64,000 nucleotides of DNA from an uncultured bacterium. Lineage in GTDB: Bacteria; Patescibacteriota; Minisyncoccia; UBA6257; GWB1-50-10. The notes beneath the pieces were generated by a model, which was not told the origin of the DNA, did not search any database, and was given only the letters and a program-made list of their open reading frames with translations. Shown in pieces: positions 49,155 through 59,756 of this stretch. The first letter of the stretch is position 1, and the number at the start of each line of letters is the position of its first letter. The stretch lies in contig CAIKKG010000024.1 of NCBI GenBank assembly GCA_903827975.1, forward strand, positions 523 to 64,522, written 5' to 3'. Position numbers and translations under genes: made by a program.

Positions 49155-49571
49155 ATGAACCTTATCAAACAACGCAAAACTTATTCTGGAATAATGCTTT
49201 TTATATTTTTATTTGTTATTTTTTTTAGTACACAGATAAAAAAAGCTGATGCTGTGGTTGGTTTTGTTGGTGGAATGACAGTCGGTGGAGAGATTGAGAC
49301 AATGTACCCATGCACATGTGGATATACGGCGTGGCTTGCGGCTATGTATATTTATATTCAAGGAAAGCCTTATACCATGTCAGGAACTTATGTTTTTTCA
49401 GAGACCATGACTGATATTTTCTCTAGTTGGATAGTAAAACCGTTATCAAGTATGGTTGGAACATACATTCCTGGCGTCCAGCTTTGCTATATGCAGGTTG
49501 GGTATGTTTGTACTGTCCTTCCATCAAGGGGATTCATAACAAAGATTGGTACCGGTCTTGCTGTGCAGTAG
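49155..49571 (+). CDS. Small secreted Cys-containing hypothetical protein
   Basis: Signal-like N-terminus, YPCTCG, LCY...VC. Confidence 0.65.
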   Translation: MNLIKQRKTYSGIMLFIFLFVIFFSTQIKKADAVVGFVGGMTVGGEIETMYPCTCGYTAWLAAMYIYIQGKPYTMSGTYVFSETMTDIFSSWIVKPLSSMVGTYIPGVQLCYMQVGYVCTVLPSRGFITKIGTGLAVQ

Positions 49572-49606
49572 TAATAAATTTATTTTTACTAAGTTAAACT
49601 AAAAAA

Positions 49607-50425
49607 ATGCGACAAAAATTTGGTCAGCACTTTCTTAAGAGTTCTGAAAAATTAAAATTAATATCTGAAGCAATACAAATTCAGGCGGGGGATACGGTAA
49701 TCGAGATAGGCCCAGGCCACGGCGAGCTAACCAACTTTATTATTGCTGAATTAGAGGGCCTCAAAAATACCAAGCTTATTCTGATTGAGCGCGATATTTT
49801 ACTTATCCCAGAGCTTCGTAGGAAGTTTAGCACCGCACTTTCTATTGGTAGATTAGAAATTATTGAGGGGGATGCTTTGTTTGAACTTCCGAAACTTGCT
49901 GAGAGGGAGAATATAAAAAATCTATCCTATAAACTGGTTGGTAATATTCCTTATTACATAACTGGATCTCTATTTCGAGTCATTGAGGGGTTGAAGAATA
50001 AGCCCTCGCTTGCAGTCTTCACACTTCAAAAAGAGGTTGCTATTCGCGTAACAGCTGACTCACCAAAAATGAACCTGCTTTCTGCGAGTGTTAAATACTT
50101 TGCGAACTCTGAGCTATTGATGATTTTATCAAAGGACTTATTCTCCCCGCCTCCGGAGGTTGATTCTGCGGTGATCCGCCTTGTAACACTTCCCGAGCCG
50201 GATGTAACACCACCAGAATTTTATTATACTTTTATAAAAGCTCTTTTTAAGCAGCCTAGAAAAACTCTTTTAAATAATCTAAAGGAGCTTCCTGAGTTTG
50301 GCGCGCTCTCACATGATGAACAGGAAAAATTACTTAGTGGTTTTGGTGTTTTGGAAAGCTCAAGACCGCAAGATATGCACATAAGCGCTATAAAACAATT
50401 AGCGAATGTGTTGTATACTAAATAG
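49607..50425 (+). CDS. rsmA: 16S rRNA m6,2A dimethyltransferase
   Basis: FGQHFL, IEIGPGHG, GDAL, GNIPYYIT, QKEVA, FSPPPEVDSAV. Confidence 0.95.
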   Translation: MRQKFGQHFLKSSEKLKLISEAIQIQAGDTVIEIGPGHGELTNFIIAELEGLKNTKLILIERDILLIPELRRKFSTALSIGRLEIIEGDALFELPKLAERENIKNLSYKLVGNIPYYITGSLFRVIEGLKNKPSLAVFTLQKEVAIRVTADSPKMNLLSASVKYFANSELLMILSKDLFSPPPEVDSAVIRLVTLPEPDVTPPEFYYTFIKALFKQPRKTLLNNLKELPEFGALSHDEQEKLLSGFGVLESSRPQDMHISAIKQLANVLYTK

Positions 50426-50430
50426 TATAA

Positions 50431-51186
50431 ATGCAGAAAAGAACTATTATTTCTCTCGGCATTCTTCTAACCGGCATAGTGAGCATGGTCTGGCTTTTTT
50501 CAGGAGAAAAAACAAAGGCTGGTAATTTCGACATATCTATTTCTGCGGGTGGAACAGATGATGCACGTTTTGTTGGTGTTGGTGGTGGGACTGGTGATTA
50601 CTCAAATTCACAAAACAGAACGGAAGACGTTGCAAAGGAGTATGGACTTGAGATGTTAAAAATAAATCCGCAAGGAATTGGAAATGTTACTGGTGTAGCC
50701 CTTCCAAATGATGCGGTTTTAAATGGTATTGTGAATCGAGCGGCTTCCGCAAAAATTTTAGTTAAGCTTTTCACCAAGACAGATTTTAAGATTGTCAGTG
50801 ACTCTTCCTCTAGCACAATAAAAAATTATATTGGCTCACTCGTTGATGAAGAAAACAAAGCAGCCGCAGCTACGGCTCTTTTTTACAAAGTACTTGGTAG
50901 CTTCGTAACTGAGAGTGATTCTCAGAAACTTATTTCTATAAATAATGATATTTCAATACATATAAATGAATTACTTGCGATGCAAGTTCCAGAATCATGG
51001 GCCACTTTTCATCTTGGCCTATTAAATTTTTGGGAGTCAAAGTTAACCTATTCAAAGTCATTTCTTAATAAAGGGAGTGATCCGTTATTGGCGGCAAGTG
51101 CCTCACAAAATCTTTTGCTGTTACTAGATCAAGAAAAAAGTATTAGGACTGATTTTTTAAGTCGCGTTAGTGGAATTAAATTGTAA
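50431..51186 (+). CDS. Hypothetical membrane-anchored protein (T4SS-like cluster)
   Basis: N-terminal TM, helical C-terminus with MQVPESWATFHL. Confidence 0.65.
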   Translation: MQKRTIISLGILLTGIVSMVWLFSGEKTKAGNFDISISAGGTDDARFVGVGGGTGDYSNSQNRTEDVAKEYGLEMLKINPQGIGNVTGVALPNDAVLNGIVNRAASAKILVKLFTKTDFKIVSDSSSSTIKNYIGSLVDEENKAAAATALFYKVLGSFVTESDSQKLISINNDISIHINELLAMQVPESWATFHLGLLNFWESKLTYSKSFLNKGSDPLLAASASQNLLLLLDQEKSIRTDFLSRVSGIKL

Positions 51187-51188
51187 AT

Positions 51189-53198
51189 ATGCAGACCAGA
51201 AAAATAAGAATACTCACATCATTTCTCGCGGTTGTAATTCTCTCGAACTCGCTTTTTTTTGCGTTTCCTCAAAAATCTCTTGCCCAGACTAGTGCTGATG
51301 GTGGTGCTCAGGAAATTGCAGCAAAGTGTGGACTCACAAACGCTACTACGTGGATAGCGGGTAAGCTTTCGGCGGTTGTAACTGGTGCGACTCCAAACAC
51401 TCAGGTTTCTGTAAAGAATGATGAGGCAGCCTCAACCTCTCTTTGGGATGGAGCAAAAGAATGTCTCCTTGCGCTTTGGAATGCTCTTATAAAGATAGCT
51501 TTTAACATGTTTAAAAAGCGCTTACTTGATAGGCTCACCGATGATCTGGTTGGTTGGATAAGTGGAAAAACTGGCAAGCCAAAGTTTATCACTAATTATA
51601 AGGACATGTTAAAGAACACGGCTGATGCTGCTCTTGGAGATACTATTCGTGCAATCGGAGCTGGAAAGTTGTGCGACAATAAACTTAGTGTTCAGCTTCA
51701 ATTAAATCTTCAAGCACTGGATTCTCAAGATTTTTCTAAGAGAGTGGACTGCACGCTTTCTCAGGTTGTTAAGAACATTGGGGCTTTTGGAGATAATTTT
51801 AAAAATGGAAGTTGGATTGGGTATCAGGAGGTCAATTCGCTTCAAAATAATAAGTATGGACTACAACTTTTGGCTATGGATAATCTCGCGCGAGGTCAGG
51901 CAAAGCAGACCGATCTTTTAAAAACCGAGATGGGGGGCTCAAACGGATTCCTATCCACTAAACTTTGTAATAAATGGACAATAATAGGACAAAAGAATGA
52001 TTGTAATACAGGAAGGGGAACGCTCTGCCCAGCTGAGATTGAGCTTGGCTCATTTATCTCTCCACGTGGCAATGATACATACCTAGATGCGGAACAGGAT
52101 GGCTCAGCACTAGCCATAAAATTCCAAGGCGACTCATCAATGAGCTCTTCACTAGCTCAGGTTCCTCCTAATGCTCAGATTAATAAGCTTTTGTGTAAGC
52201 CGGAGGACCAGAAAATAACAACACCTGGATCAACGCTCGCCGCCTCACTAAGCAACTCTCTTGATGCTGATACGAGGAAATTAATAGGTGCTGACGACCT
52301 AACTCCATATTTAGCAAAAATATTTGATGCTGCTTTTAATCGTGTAATAAAAGAGGGTGTTAGAGGGCTCGCAGAAGCTAGCACGAATATTTTCAGTCAG
52401 AGTAGTACTGGCACACAACCACAGTCATATCAAACGAGCTCTCAGTGCTCCTCAATTCGTACCAATGGAACAACTCAATGCTCATTAATACTCACTCAGG
52501 GCGCTCCACAGTGTATTGCCGAGAAGAAGCTTGGTGCTACGGATGCTGATTATGCAAAATGTAATTTAGCCGCTAAGAATGATTGTAATGCCGCCGCGGC
52601 ATCTGCTTGTGATCGCGATGCTATCTATGTTGGTTATGGAGGTTCAATGGTTAGCACCGCCACATCGGACTTACAGTTAAATTCTGTGTCCACATCTACA
52701 ATCTATAACCTTGCGTCCACAACACTTAATACAATTAATACAAAGATTCCACCAATACTTGCTGAGGTTCAGGCTTTGTATGTTCAGTACCAAGGAAGCT
52801 TGATGCTTCTCTCTAGTTGTGAAAAGGCCAAAACCCTACCAAAAGAGGTGTGCCCAACTACATCACTACTTCTAACTCAGTTAATACCCGTCTCCTCACG
52901 CATTAATGGTGTTCCGATGGCAGTAACAACATATAAAAATGAATTGTTGGAAATTATTGGAAAATTAAACAACCCATCACTTAAAGCTGCTGATGCATCA
53001 TATCTTTCTGTTCGGGTCCAGCTTATTTCAACTGATATAACAGATACAATAGACAAATTTACTTCTGATAAATCCATGTTGACGGCTATAAACTTAACAG
53101 AAGAATATAATTCATGCTCAGCAGCAATACCATCAGCGAATAAATATTACATATGCCCAGGCACTAGCACTCCGGGTGGTGGTCCGATTCAGCCGTAA
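51189..53198 (+). CDS. Large secreted Cys-rich protein (T4SS-like cluster)
   Basis: Signal peptide, PKFI, LCD, CTL, GSW, ITTPGS blocks, multiple Cys clusters. Confidence 0.7.
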   Translation: MQTRKIRILTSFLAVVILSNSLFFAFPQKSLAQTSADGGAQEIAAKCGLTNATTWIAGKLSAVVTGATPNTQVSVKNDEAASTSLWDGAKECLLALWNALIKIAFNMFKKRLLDRLTDDLVGWISGKTGKPKFITNYKDMLKNTADAALGDTIRAIGAGKLCDNKLSVQLQLNLQALDSQDFSKRVDCTLSQVVKNIGAFGDNFKNGSWIGYQEVNSLQNNKYGLQLLAMDNLARGQAKQTDLLKTEMGGSNGFLSTKLCNKWTIIGQKNDCNTGRGTLCPAEIELGSFISPRGNDTYLDAEQDGSALAIKFQGDSSMSSSLAQVPPNAQINKLLCKPEDQKITTPGSTLAASLSNSLDADTRKLIGADDLTPYLAKIFDAAFNRVIKEGVRGLAEASTNIFSQSSTGTQPQSYQTSSQCSSIRTNGTTQCSLILTQGAPQCIAEKKLGATDADYAKCNLAAKNDCNAAAASACDRDAIYVGYGGSMVSTATSDLQLNSVSTSTIYNLASTTLNTINTKIPPILAEVQALYVQYQGSLMLLSSCEKAKTLPKEVCPTTSLLLTQLIPVSSRINGVPMAVTTYKNELLEIIGKLNNPSLKAADASYLSVRVQLISTDITDTIDKFTSDKSMLTAINLTEEYNSCSAAIPSANKYYICPGTSTPGGGPIQP

Positions 53199-53206
53199 AT
53201 ATAACA

Positions 53207-55237
53207 ATGAAGCTTCTCAATAAAAAACTGTTACTGGTTTTAGGAATCGTTCTTCTTTCTGGACTTGTCGTCCCTCATTTAGCGCATGCAGCTGGTATGA
53301 TGGAACAGGCACTTACAGATGTAGTAACCTATACCTTTAAATTCATTACCTATATTTTTGCATATATAGGTTCGGTATTATTCAGTTTTGCCGGTATGCT
53401 AGTGGACTACACACTGAGACTTAATATGACTGTTGGGGATACTGAAAAGAATCTTCTTCTTGGTGTTGGTTGGGGCATCACAAAAGATATTGCAAACCTT
53501 GGCTTCGTGCTCGCTATGATTATTATTGCGTTCGCAACAATAATCGGAAATGAAAGTTATGGATACAAAAAATTACTTGCTAATTTAATTGGTGCTGCGA
53601 TTGCTGTAAACTTCAGTCTTGCAATTGCTGGGGTATTTATCGATTTCTCTCATGTTATTACTGTATTTTTTATAAATAAAATAAGTACTACTGGCGCTTC
53701 TGGCATGGCTGAGCAGATGGCAAATGCGTTTAGCGTTCAGAATTTTCTATTAGAGGACTCTAACAATCCACTACCTCCGAATCCGTCTGAGGAGAGTGGG
53801 ACAATGTCACGCCTAAGTACTGCGGTTGTAATCTCTCTTGTGAGTTTAGTCTTTGTACTTGTGTTCACAATAACGGCTGCAATTATATTTTTAATATTTG
53901 CAATAATGCTTCTCGCTCGATATGTCTGGCTATCATTCCTTCTTATTATCGCTCCGATAACATGGTTGTTCTGGGTTATCCCTGGAATGAGTGGTAAGTT
54001 CGGAGAGTGGTGGAGTAACTTCTTAAAACAGGTTTTCTTTGCACCAGCAATGACGTTCTTCCTATATCTTGCTTTTATGAGTGTGCAGGGTCTTGCCGAA
54101 AAACCAGCCACGGGTGCTTTCTTCAAAGATGGCGCGCTTGCAGCAATAATAAGTTCTGGAGCTAATATGGTTGTTTTGATTGGAATCCTTGTTGGTGGAC
54201 TTATAACAGCTGAAAAAATGGGCGCAACTGGCGCAAAAATGGGAATGGAGAGATTGTCTGCTTTGGGTGGCGCCTCAAAGGATTATGCAGGGAGTATAGC
54301 TAAGAAATATGGTAAGAAGGTTGCAGAAACAAAAGCTGTTAAGAGTGTGCAGAGTGCAGCCCTTCGTGTTGGCTCTAGCGCAAGGAAGCTTGCTGAATAT
54401 AAACCAACAAGTAGAACTGGTAAGATTTTGACCGCTGTAACAGGGCTAGGTCTTGCAAAGTCTGTTGTTGGACTTGGAGGAGAAAAATTACAAAATATTG
54501 GTGGCGTGCCAGTAAATCCGGACTCGCTTGGTTCAAGGGCCTGGTCTGCGGTCTGGGGTAAGTATCCTGATAATCGCGCTCAATCTAAGAAGGATGCTGA
54601 TGAGAGGGAACAAAACAAGGGAGCTGAGGAGCTCACGGCTGATCATGAGAAACTACGCACCGAGCGACAGAGGCTTGTTGATAATGGCGTAAGTGAGAAA
54701 GACCCAAGAATTGTCACTATGGATAAGCAACTTGGAAAGCTAAAATCAAGTGTTGTAGAGAAAACAAGCCTACCAAAAGACGTAGAAGGATTAATTAACA
54801 AAGAAAAGGAATTGAAGTTGAAGTTGGAAGAATTGGCAGCTGGTGGTAGTGACATCTCTGTGATTAAAAAGCAACTTGAGAAAGCAACTGATGAACTTGA
54901 TAAGGCTCAAAGAGAGGACTCGAAAATAACACCGGCTAGTAGGGCGTGGAAGAGCCACCGCATTACAAAAGAAGCCACTAGAATGGCTGGTATAATAGGC
55001 GGAAAAATAAAACCTGGTGAGCCAGACCCAGACACAGACACAGATTCCGCTATAGCACAAGAGAAATTATGGCGCGAAATTGATACGCAGAAGAAGCCTA
55101 ACTCCAAACCAGCTTGGGCGGAACGCGTAATTAAACTCGACGCTGCTCTAACAGAAGCTACTGCTGCCCACCTTCCACCTGACGCACTTAAGTACATTGG
55201 GGATTTAAAGGCTGAGGCGATTGATAAGAGTACATAA
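53207..55237 (+). CDS. VirB6/TrbL-like polytopic membrane protein
   Basis: GWGITKDIANLGF, NFSLAI, RYVWLSFLLIIAPI, WWSNFLKQVFFAP; long charged C-terminal tail; lies upstream of PrgI/VirB4. Confidence 0.72.
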   Translation: MKLLNKKLLLVLGIVLLSGLVVPHLAHAAGMMEQALTDVVTYTFKFITYIFAYIGSVLFSFAGMLVDYTLRLNMTVGDTEKNLLLGVGWGITKDIANLGFVLAMIIIAFATIIGNESYGYKKLLANLIGAAIAVNFSLAIAGVFIDFSHVITVFFINKISTTGASGMAEQMANAFSVQNFLLEDSNNPLPPNPSEESGTMSRLSTAVVISLVSLVFVLVFTITAAIIFLIFAIMLLARYVWLSFLLIIAPITWLFWVIPGMSGKFGEWWSNFLKQVFFAPAMTFFLYLAFMSVQGLAEKPATGAFFKDGALAAIISSGANMVVLIGILVGGLITAEKMGATGAKMGMERLSALGGASKDYAGSIAKKYGKKVAETKAVKSVQSAALRVGSSARKLAEYKPTSRTGKILTAVTGLGLAKSVVGLGGEKLQNIGGVPVNPDSLGSRAWSAVWGKYPDNRAQSKKDADEREQNKGAEELTADHEKLRTERQRLVDNGVSEKDPRIVTMDKQLGKLKSSVVEKTSLPKDVEGLINKEKELKLKLEELAAGGSDISVIKKQLEKATDELDKAQREDSKITPASRAWKSHRITKEATRMAGIIGGKIKPGEPDPDTDTDSAIAQEKLWREIDTQKKPNSKPAWAERVIKLDAALTEATAAHLPPDALKYIGDLKAEAIDKST

Positions 55238-55308
55238 TTTAGTGGTAGTTGGTAAAATAATTATAGTACTTACCTAATCTAAAATAGTAATCACACAAAA
55301 CAGATAAT

Positions 55309-56439
55309 ATGGCATTCGAATATCCATCAAAAAACGCTTTTCTTAATAGGTATAAAAATCTACACGAAACACTTCGTGAGGTTGTCGACTCCTCTGAAAC
55401 AAATAGGGTTTTTAAGAGTATCTGTAGGGAGCATTATCTAAATAGTGAGAAGGAGGAGCTTCTTGGCGCATTGGTTTCTTTTGTTCTCATGGGTTTCTTA
55501 CCACAGGAAGACCTTGCAAATGAGATAGGTGAGCAGTTGTTCTTGAATGATAGGCACTCAAAGGAGCTTGCGAATGAGATTAATACTCGCGTTTTCTACA
55601 CAATAAAAGATGAGATAGCGTCAGAATACAACCCAACTAGAGATGAGGGTGAACAACCATCAGAGATTGGTGTTCAGCAATATGAGGCTATAGAGCCTGA
55701 GCCGTTAGCGGTTGAAAGCGAGACTGAGGAGATTGAGCTTCCTAATACATTTGGTGAGAATATTCGCGCTAGCGCGGGTGATACAAGTGATATGCCGGTC
55801 TCACTACAGATTAACGAAGATGGTGGGCCAGCAGTGCTTCAAGAAGGTGCTTCGTTTTTCAAAAAATCCACAGAGCAGGCAGAGAGAAGGGCTCCAATTG
55901 CTCCGTTCAAGATGTTCGCCTCATCATCAGAGTCTACGGATGCGAGACCAACTGTAAGAGTAAAAGTTGAAACCCCACGCTCTTTTGGTTGGCCGGCAGA
56001 AAAAAAAGAGGAGGAGAGCGTCGTTCATTATAATGAGTCTGCGTTTCCGACTGACCAGCAGGCCTCTGAAGGTTTAATTCACCTTGAGGCAATTCAAAAT
56101 ATTACTCCTGATACCACGAAAAGTTCTCCAATCCCAGCAGTTGAAACACCAGTTGTGAGTCAGGATGTCGTGAATACAGAGCTTCCTGCGGTTGTGAGCC
56201 AAAATACTGAGGATAAGAAGGCGTGGTCAATAAAATCAATATTCAAAAAAGAAAATACCAACGAGAAGAAAATATCTTTTAATGAGATGCCGGCAACCGA
56301 TACAGATCAACATATTCCTGTTCAGATAACAACGAGTGTTTCAAAAGATGCTCCTTTTGTTATTTCTACAGAGGAATCTTCCAAAGAAGTAGATAAAAAA
56401 GATCCGGCGCTCGATGGTAATGTGGTTCATCTTAAGTAG
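55309..56439 (+). CDS. Hypothetical protein (helical N-terminal domain plus acidic disordered tail)
   Basis: 376 aa ORF co-oriented in the cluster, ends GNVVHLK. Confidence 0.7.
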   Translation: MAFEYPSKNAFLNRYKNLHETLREVVDSSETNRVFKSICREHYLNSEKEELLGALVSFVLMGFLPQEDLANEIGEQLFLNDRHSKELANEINTRVFYTIKDEIASEYNPTRDEGEQPSEIGVQQYEAIEPEPLAVESETEEIELPNTFGENIRASAGDTSDMPVSLQINEDGGPAVLQEGASFFKKSTEQAERRAPIAPFKMFASSSESTDARPTVRVKVETPRSFGWPAEKKEEESVVHYNESAFPTDQQASEGLIHLEAIQNITPDTTKSSPIPAVETPVVSQDVVNTELPAVVSQNTEDKKAWSIKSIFKKENTNEKKISFNEMPATDTDQHIPVQITTSVSKDAPFVISTEESSKEVDKKDPALDGNVVHLK

Positions 56440-56447
56440 TTTTTAAT

Positions 56448-56930
56448 ATGGCAGAATTCCAAGTTCCGCAATTTATCGAGGAGAAACCAAAAATCGTTGG
56501 CCCACTAACCATCGTTCAGTTTTTGTATATTGGTTCTGGTGCGGCAATTTCTCTTATAAGTTATTACGCTTTTAATACTATTTTATGGTTAATTATCTCA
56601 ATAATAGTTGTTGGAATATCAGTTGCGCTCGCCTTTGTTAAGGTTAATGGCCAGGACCTGCCAGTTGTTGCTTTGTCTGCTTTTCAGTTTATATGGGGCC
56701 CAAGAAAATACACTTGGCAAAGAGCGATGGAGCAGACGACTTTTGATACTTCTGATTTGGAGAAGATTCAGGTAATAAGAAAAAATATCAGCATTCAAGA
56801 TAAAATTAAATCTATTGCGCTTGGTATTACAACTGGAAGTATTGAGAGAACGAAAGCCGGCGGTACAAAATTTCAGTCTGTTACCTACATAACAGGGGAG
56901 CATAAGGTTGCGAAGAGAGTTGATTACTAA
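56448..56930 (+). CDS. PrgI-family (VirB3-like) protein
   Basis: FQVPQFIEEKPKIVGPLTIVQF, two TM, KVNGQ, PRKYTW. Confidence 0.85.
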   Translation: MAEFQVPQFIEEKPKIVGPLTIVQFLYIGSGAAISLISYYAFNTILWLIISIIVVGISVALAFVKVNGQDLPVVALSAFQFIWGPRKYTWQRAMEQTTFDTSDLEKIQVIRKNISIQDKIKSIALGITTGSIERTKAGGTKFQSVTYITGEHKVAKRVDY

Positions 56931-56959
56931 ACCGCGTAAATACGGTACAATATTAATAC

Positions 56960-57598
56960 ATGGCTGATATAAGCATCCCAACACAACAATTCGTTGACGT
57001 AAAAGAAGTACGCGATGGCGTTTTGTATTTAAAGTCTGGTGGTATCCGCAAAATACTTATCGTCGGCGGAATTAACTTTGATCTCAAATCAGAAGGTGAG
57101 CAAAATACAATACTTGCAAGTTTCCAGAATTTTTTAAATACAATTGATTTTCCTATACAACTTCTCATTCACTCAAGAAAGGTTAATGTTGAGAGTTATC
57201 TTTCGAAAATGGTTCAGTTAAAAGATAAAGAGGATAATGAACTTTTAAAAATACAGATTGGTGAATATATAAACTTCATACGTTCTTTTGTTGATGAGAA
57301 CGCAATAATTAGTAAGGTATTTTTAGTTGTTGTCCCATATGAGTCTGCTTCTGCGAAATCAAGTTCATCTGGTTTTTTTGATATTTTTAAAAAACAGACG
57401 AAGGTTGAGATTAATGAGTCCGAAAATGCTGCAATAGAGCAACTTAATCATAGGGTTTCTGAGGTGACCGACGGATTAATGCAGGTTGGTCTTAATGTTA
57501 CATCACTTAATAGTGATGAGATTACTGAGTTGTTTTACAATATGTACAATCCACAACTAGCCGAGAAGAAAAATATGGACTTAATAAAAGAATCATAA
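56960..57598 (+). CDS. TraC/VirB4 N-terminal-like accessory protein
   Basis: TQQFVDV...INFDLKSEGEQ...FQNFLNTIDFPIQ...LFYNMYNP; directly precedes the VirB4 ATPase. Confidence 0.7.
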   Translation: MADISIPTQQFVDVKEVRDGVLYLKSGGIRKILIVGGINFDLKSEGEQNTILASFQNFLNTIDFPIQLLIHSRKVNVESYLSKMVQLKDKEDNELLKIQIGEYINFIRSFVDENAIISKVFLVVVPYESASAKSSSSGFFDIFKKQTKVEINESENAAIEQLNHRVSEVTDGLMQVGLNVTSLNSDEITELFYNMYNPQLAEKKNMDLIKES

Positions 57599-57607
57599 GA
57601 ATAAAAA

Positions 57608-59359
57608 ATGAAGATACAAATTCCACAAACTTATAAACCATCATCGAAAGACCTACCAAATATTGTAGCGCCGTCAGGTCTTGAGGTAGATGCTAATTAT
57701 TTGAAACTAGGTGATTACTTTGTAAAAACTATTTTTATTTTTACGTACCCTCGCTTCGTGGTTTCTGGTTGGTTCTCTCCTATTATAAATATTTCGGAGA
57801 TGATGGATATCTCTATTTTCGTTCACCCAATGGAGACTGGCGCGGCCTTGCGCGACCTACAAAAGAAGGTTGCTCAAGTGCAGTCTGAGCTTTCTGAGAA
57901 GGAATCGAAGGGTATGGTTCGCGATCCACTACTTGAAACAGCTTATCAGGACATTGAGAGTCTAAGAGATTCATTGATGCAGGCGAGGGAGAAACTTTTT
58001 AAGGTTGGTGTTTATATTACTTTATATGGGCAGAGCCTTGAGGCGCTTACAAAATTGGAGAATGAGATAGAATCCTTACTTGAAAGTAAGTTGATATATG
58101 TTAAACCCGCGCTTTTCAAACAACTTGAAGGTTTTAATTCTATTCTTCCACTTTGTACTGATAAACTACTAACACACACACCACTTAATTCTGGGCCAGC
58201 ATCGTCCCTTTTTCCCTTCGTCTCTCCAGACCTTACATCAGATAAGGGAATTATGTATGGGATTAATATACACAACAGCAGCCTCGTTATATTCGATCGC
58301 TTCTCCCTTGAAAATGCCAACCAGGTTATATTTGCAAAATCAGGTGCTGGTAAATCATACACTGCAAAACTTTTGATTCTTCGCTCTCTCATGGTTGGAA
58401 CTAATGTTATTGTTATTGATCCTGAGAATGAGTATCAGAATCTTTCAAGCGCTATTGGTGGAAGTTATTTTAAAATCTCACTTACTTCATCGAGCCACAT
58501 TAATCCCTTTGACATACCAATCATACCGGAGGGGGATGAGCCGGCGGACGTTTTTAAATCACACATATTAAATTTGTCTGGCTTGGTTAAATTAATGCTT
58601 GGCGCAATATCACCTGAAGAGGATGCTCTACTTGATAAGGCTCTTACTGATACATATGCATCGCGCGATATTACCGCGGAAAACTTTGGTCAAACAAAGG
58701 AAATGGATGCACCACTCTTAGAAGATTTGCAGGTTATCTTACAAAACAACAAGGGTGGTTTCCAACTTGCACAACGCCTTGAAAAATTCACACATGGAAC
58801 ATATGCGGGTTTTACAAATGCTCCAACAAACGTTGATTTTAAAAATCGTTTGATTGTTTTCTCGATTCGCGACCTTGATGAGGAGTTGCGACCAATCGCG
58901 ATGTATATTGTTTTGAACTTTGTTTGGAATCTTGTTCGTGCTGAGCTTCGACCACGATTTCTTATTGTTGATGAGGCGTGGATTATGATGAAGTTTAAAG
59001 ACAGCGCCTCTTTCTTGTTTGGACTTGTTAAGCGTGCTCGTAAATACTACCTTGGAATCACAACCATTACACAGGACGTTGAGGACTTTTTGAAGTCTGA
59101 GTATGGTAAGCCTATCGTCACAAACTCAGCAACCCAGATTTTAATGAAACAATCTCCAGCATCTATTGATTCAGTTGCTAGTGCGTTTAGTCTTACAGAG
59201 GGTGAGCGCGGCTTACTACTTGAGGCGAGTGTTGGAGAGGGATTGTTTTTTGCGGGCGCAAAACATGTTGCTATTAAAATTATTGCGTCATACACAGAGG
59301 ATCAAATAATAACAACAAAACCTGATCAGATTTTAGAAATTAAGGGTCTAAAACAATAA
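57608..59359 (+). CDS. virB4: VirB4-like type IV secretion ATPase
   Basis: FDRFSLENAN, AKSGAGKS (Walker A), IDPENEY, INPFD, IVDEAW (Walker B), RARKY, ITQD. Confidence 0.88.
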   Translation: MKIQIPQTYKPSSKDLPNIVAPSGLEVDANYLKLGDYFVKTIFIFTYPRFVVSGWFSPIINISEMMDISIFVHPMETGAALRDLQKKVAQVQSELSEKESKGMVRDPLLETAYQDIESLRDSLMQAREKLFKVGVYITLYGQSLEALTKLENEIESLLESKLIYVKPALFKQLEGFNSILPLCTDKLLTHTPLNSGPASSLFPFVSPDLTSDKGIMYGINIHNSSLVIFDRFSLENANQVIFAKSGAGKSYTAKLLILRSLMVGTNVIVIDPENEYQNLSSAIGGSYFKISLTSSSHINPFDIPIIPEGDEPADVFKSHILNLSGLVKLMLGAISPEEDALLDKALTDTYASRDITAENFGQTKEMDAPLLEDLQVILQNNKGGFQLAQRLEKFTHGTYAGFTNAPTNVDFKNRLIVFSIRDLDEELRPIAMYIVLNFVWNLVRAELRPRFLIVDEAWIMMKFKDSASFLFGLVKRARKYYLGITTITQDVEDFLKSEYGKPIVTNSATQILMKQSPASIDSVASAFSLTEGERGLLLEASVGEGLFFAGAKHVAIKIIASYTEDQIITTKPDQILEIKGLKQ

Positions 59360-59362
59360 TAA

Positions 59363-59752
59363 ATGCCTAAAAAAACGCCGCAAACCCCGCAGAAAAAAAT
59401 GGGTGAGCCACTAGCGGAACCAAAGTTTGGTATGGTTGAGCTATTTTTAGGTTCTTTTTTTTGTCTTCTACTTGATTTGTTATCAGCCATCACAGCAATA
59501 GCTTTTGTGGGTCTTTTCGTAAAATCTTTCTCGTGGCTTATTTTTACTTTTTGGTTTAAAATTAAGAAGTGTCATGTTGCAGATAGTCTTATTGGAAGAT
59601 TTCTTGTTCCAGTATTTGTAAATTTAATTCCAATTGTTCCAACTTTAGCCGCAACGTTTCTTGTCTCCGCATATATGGAGAATCACCCAGAAAAGTTTGC
59701 CGCCGTTGAACAACTGACCCCAGCAACTGCAAATGTTCCCATTAAAAAATAA
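59363..59752 (+). CDS. Hypothetical membrane protein
   Basis: Hydrophobic 129 aa ORF following virB4. Confidence 0.7.
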   Translation: MPKKTPQTPQKKMGEPLAEPKFGMVELFLGSFFCLLLDLLSAITAIAFVGLFVKSFSWLIFTFWFKIKKCHVADSLIGRFLVPVFVNLIPIVPTLAATFLVSAYMENHPEKFAAVEQLTPATANVPIKK

Positions 59753-59756
59753 AACT

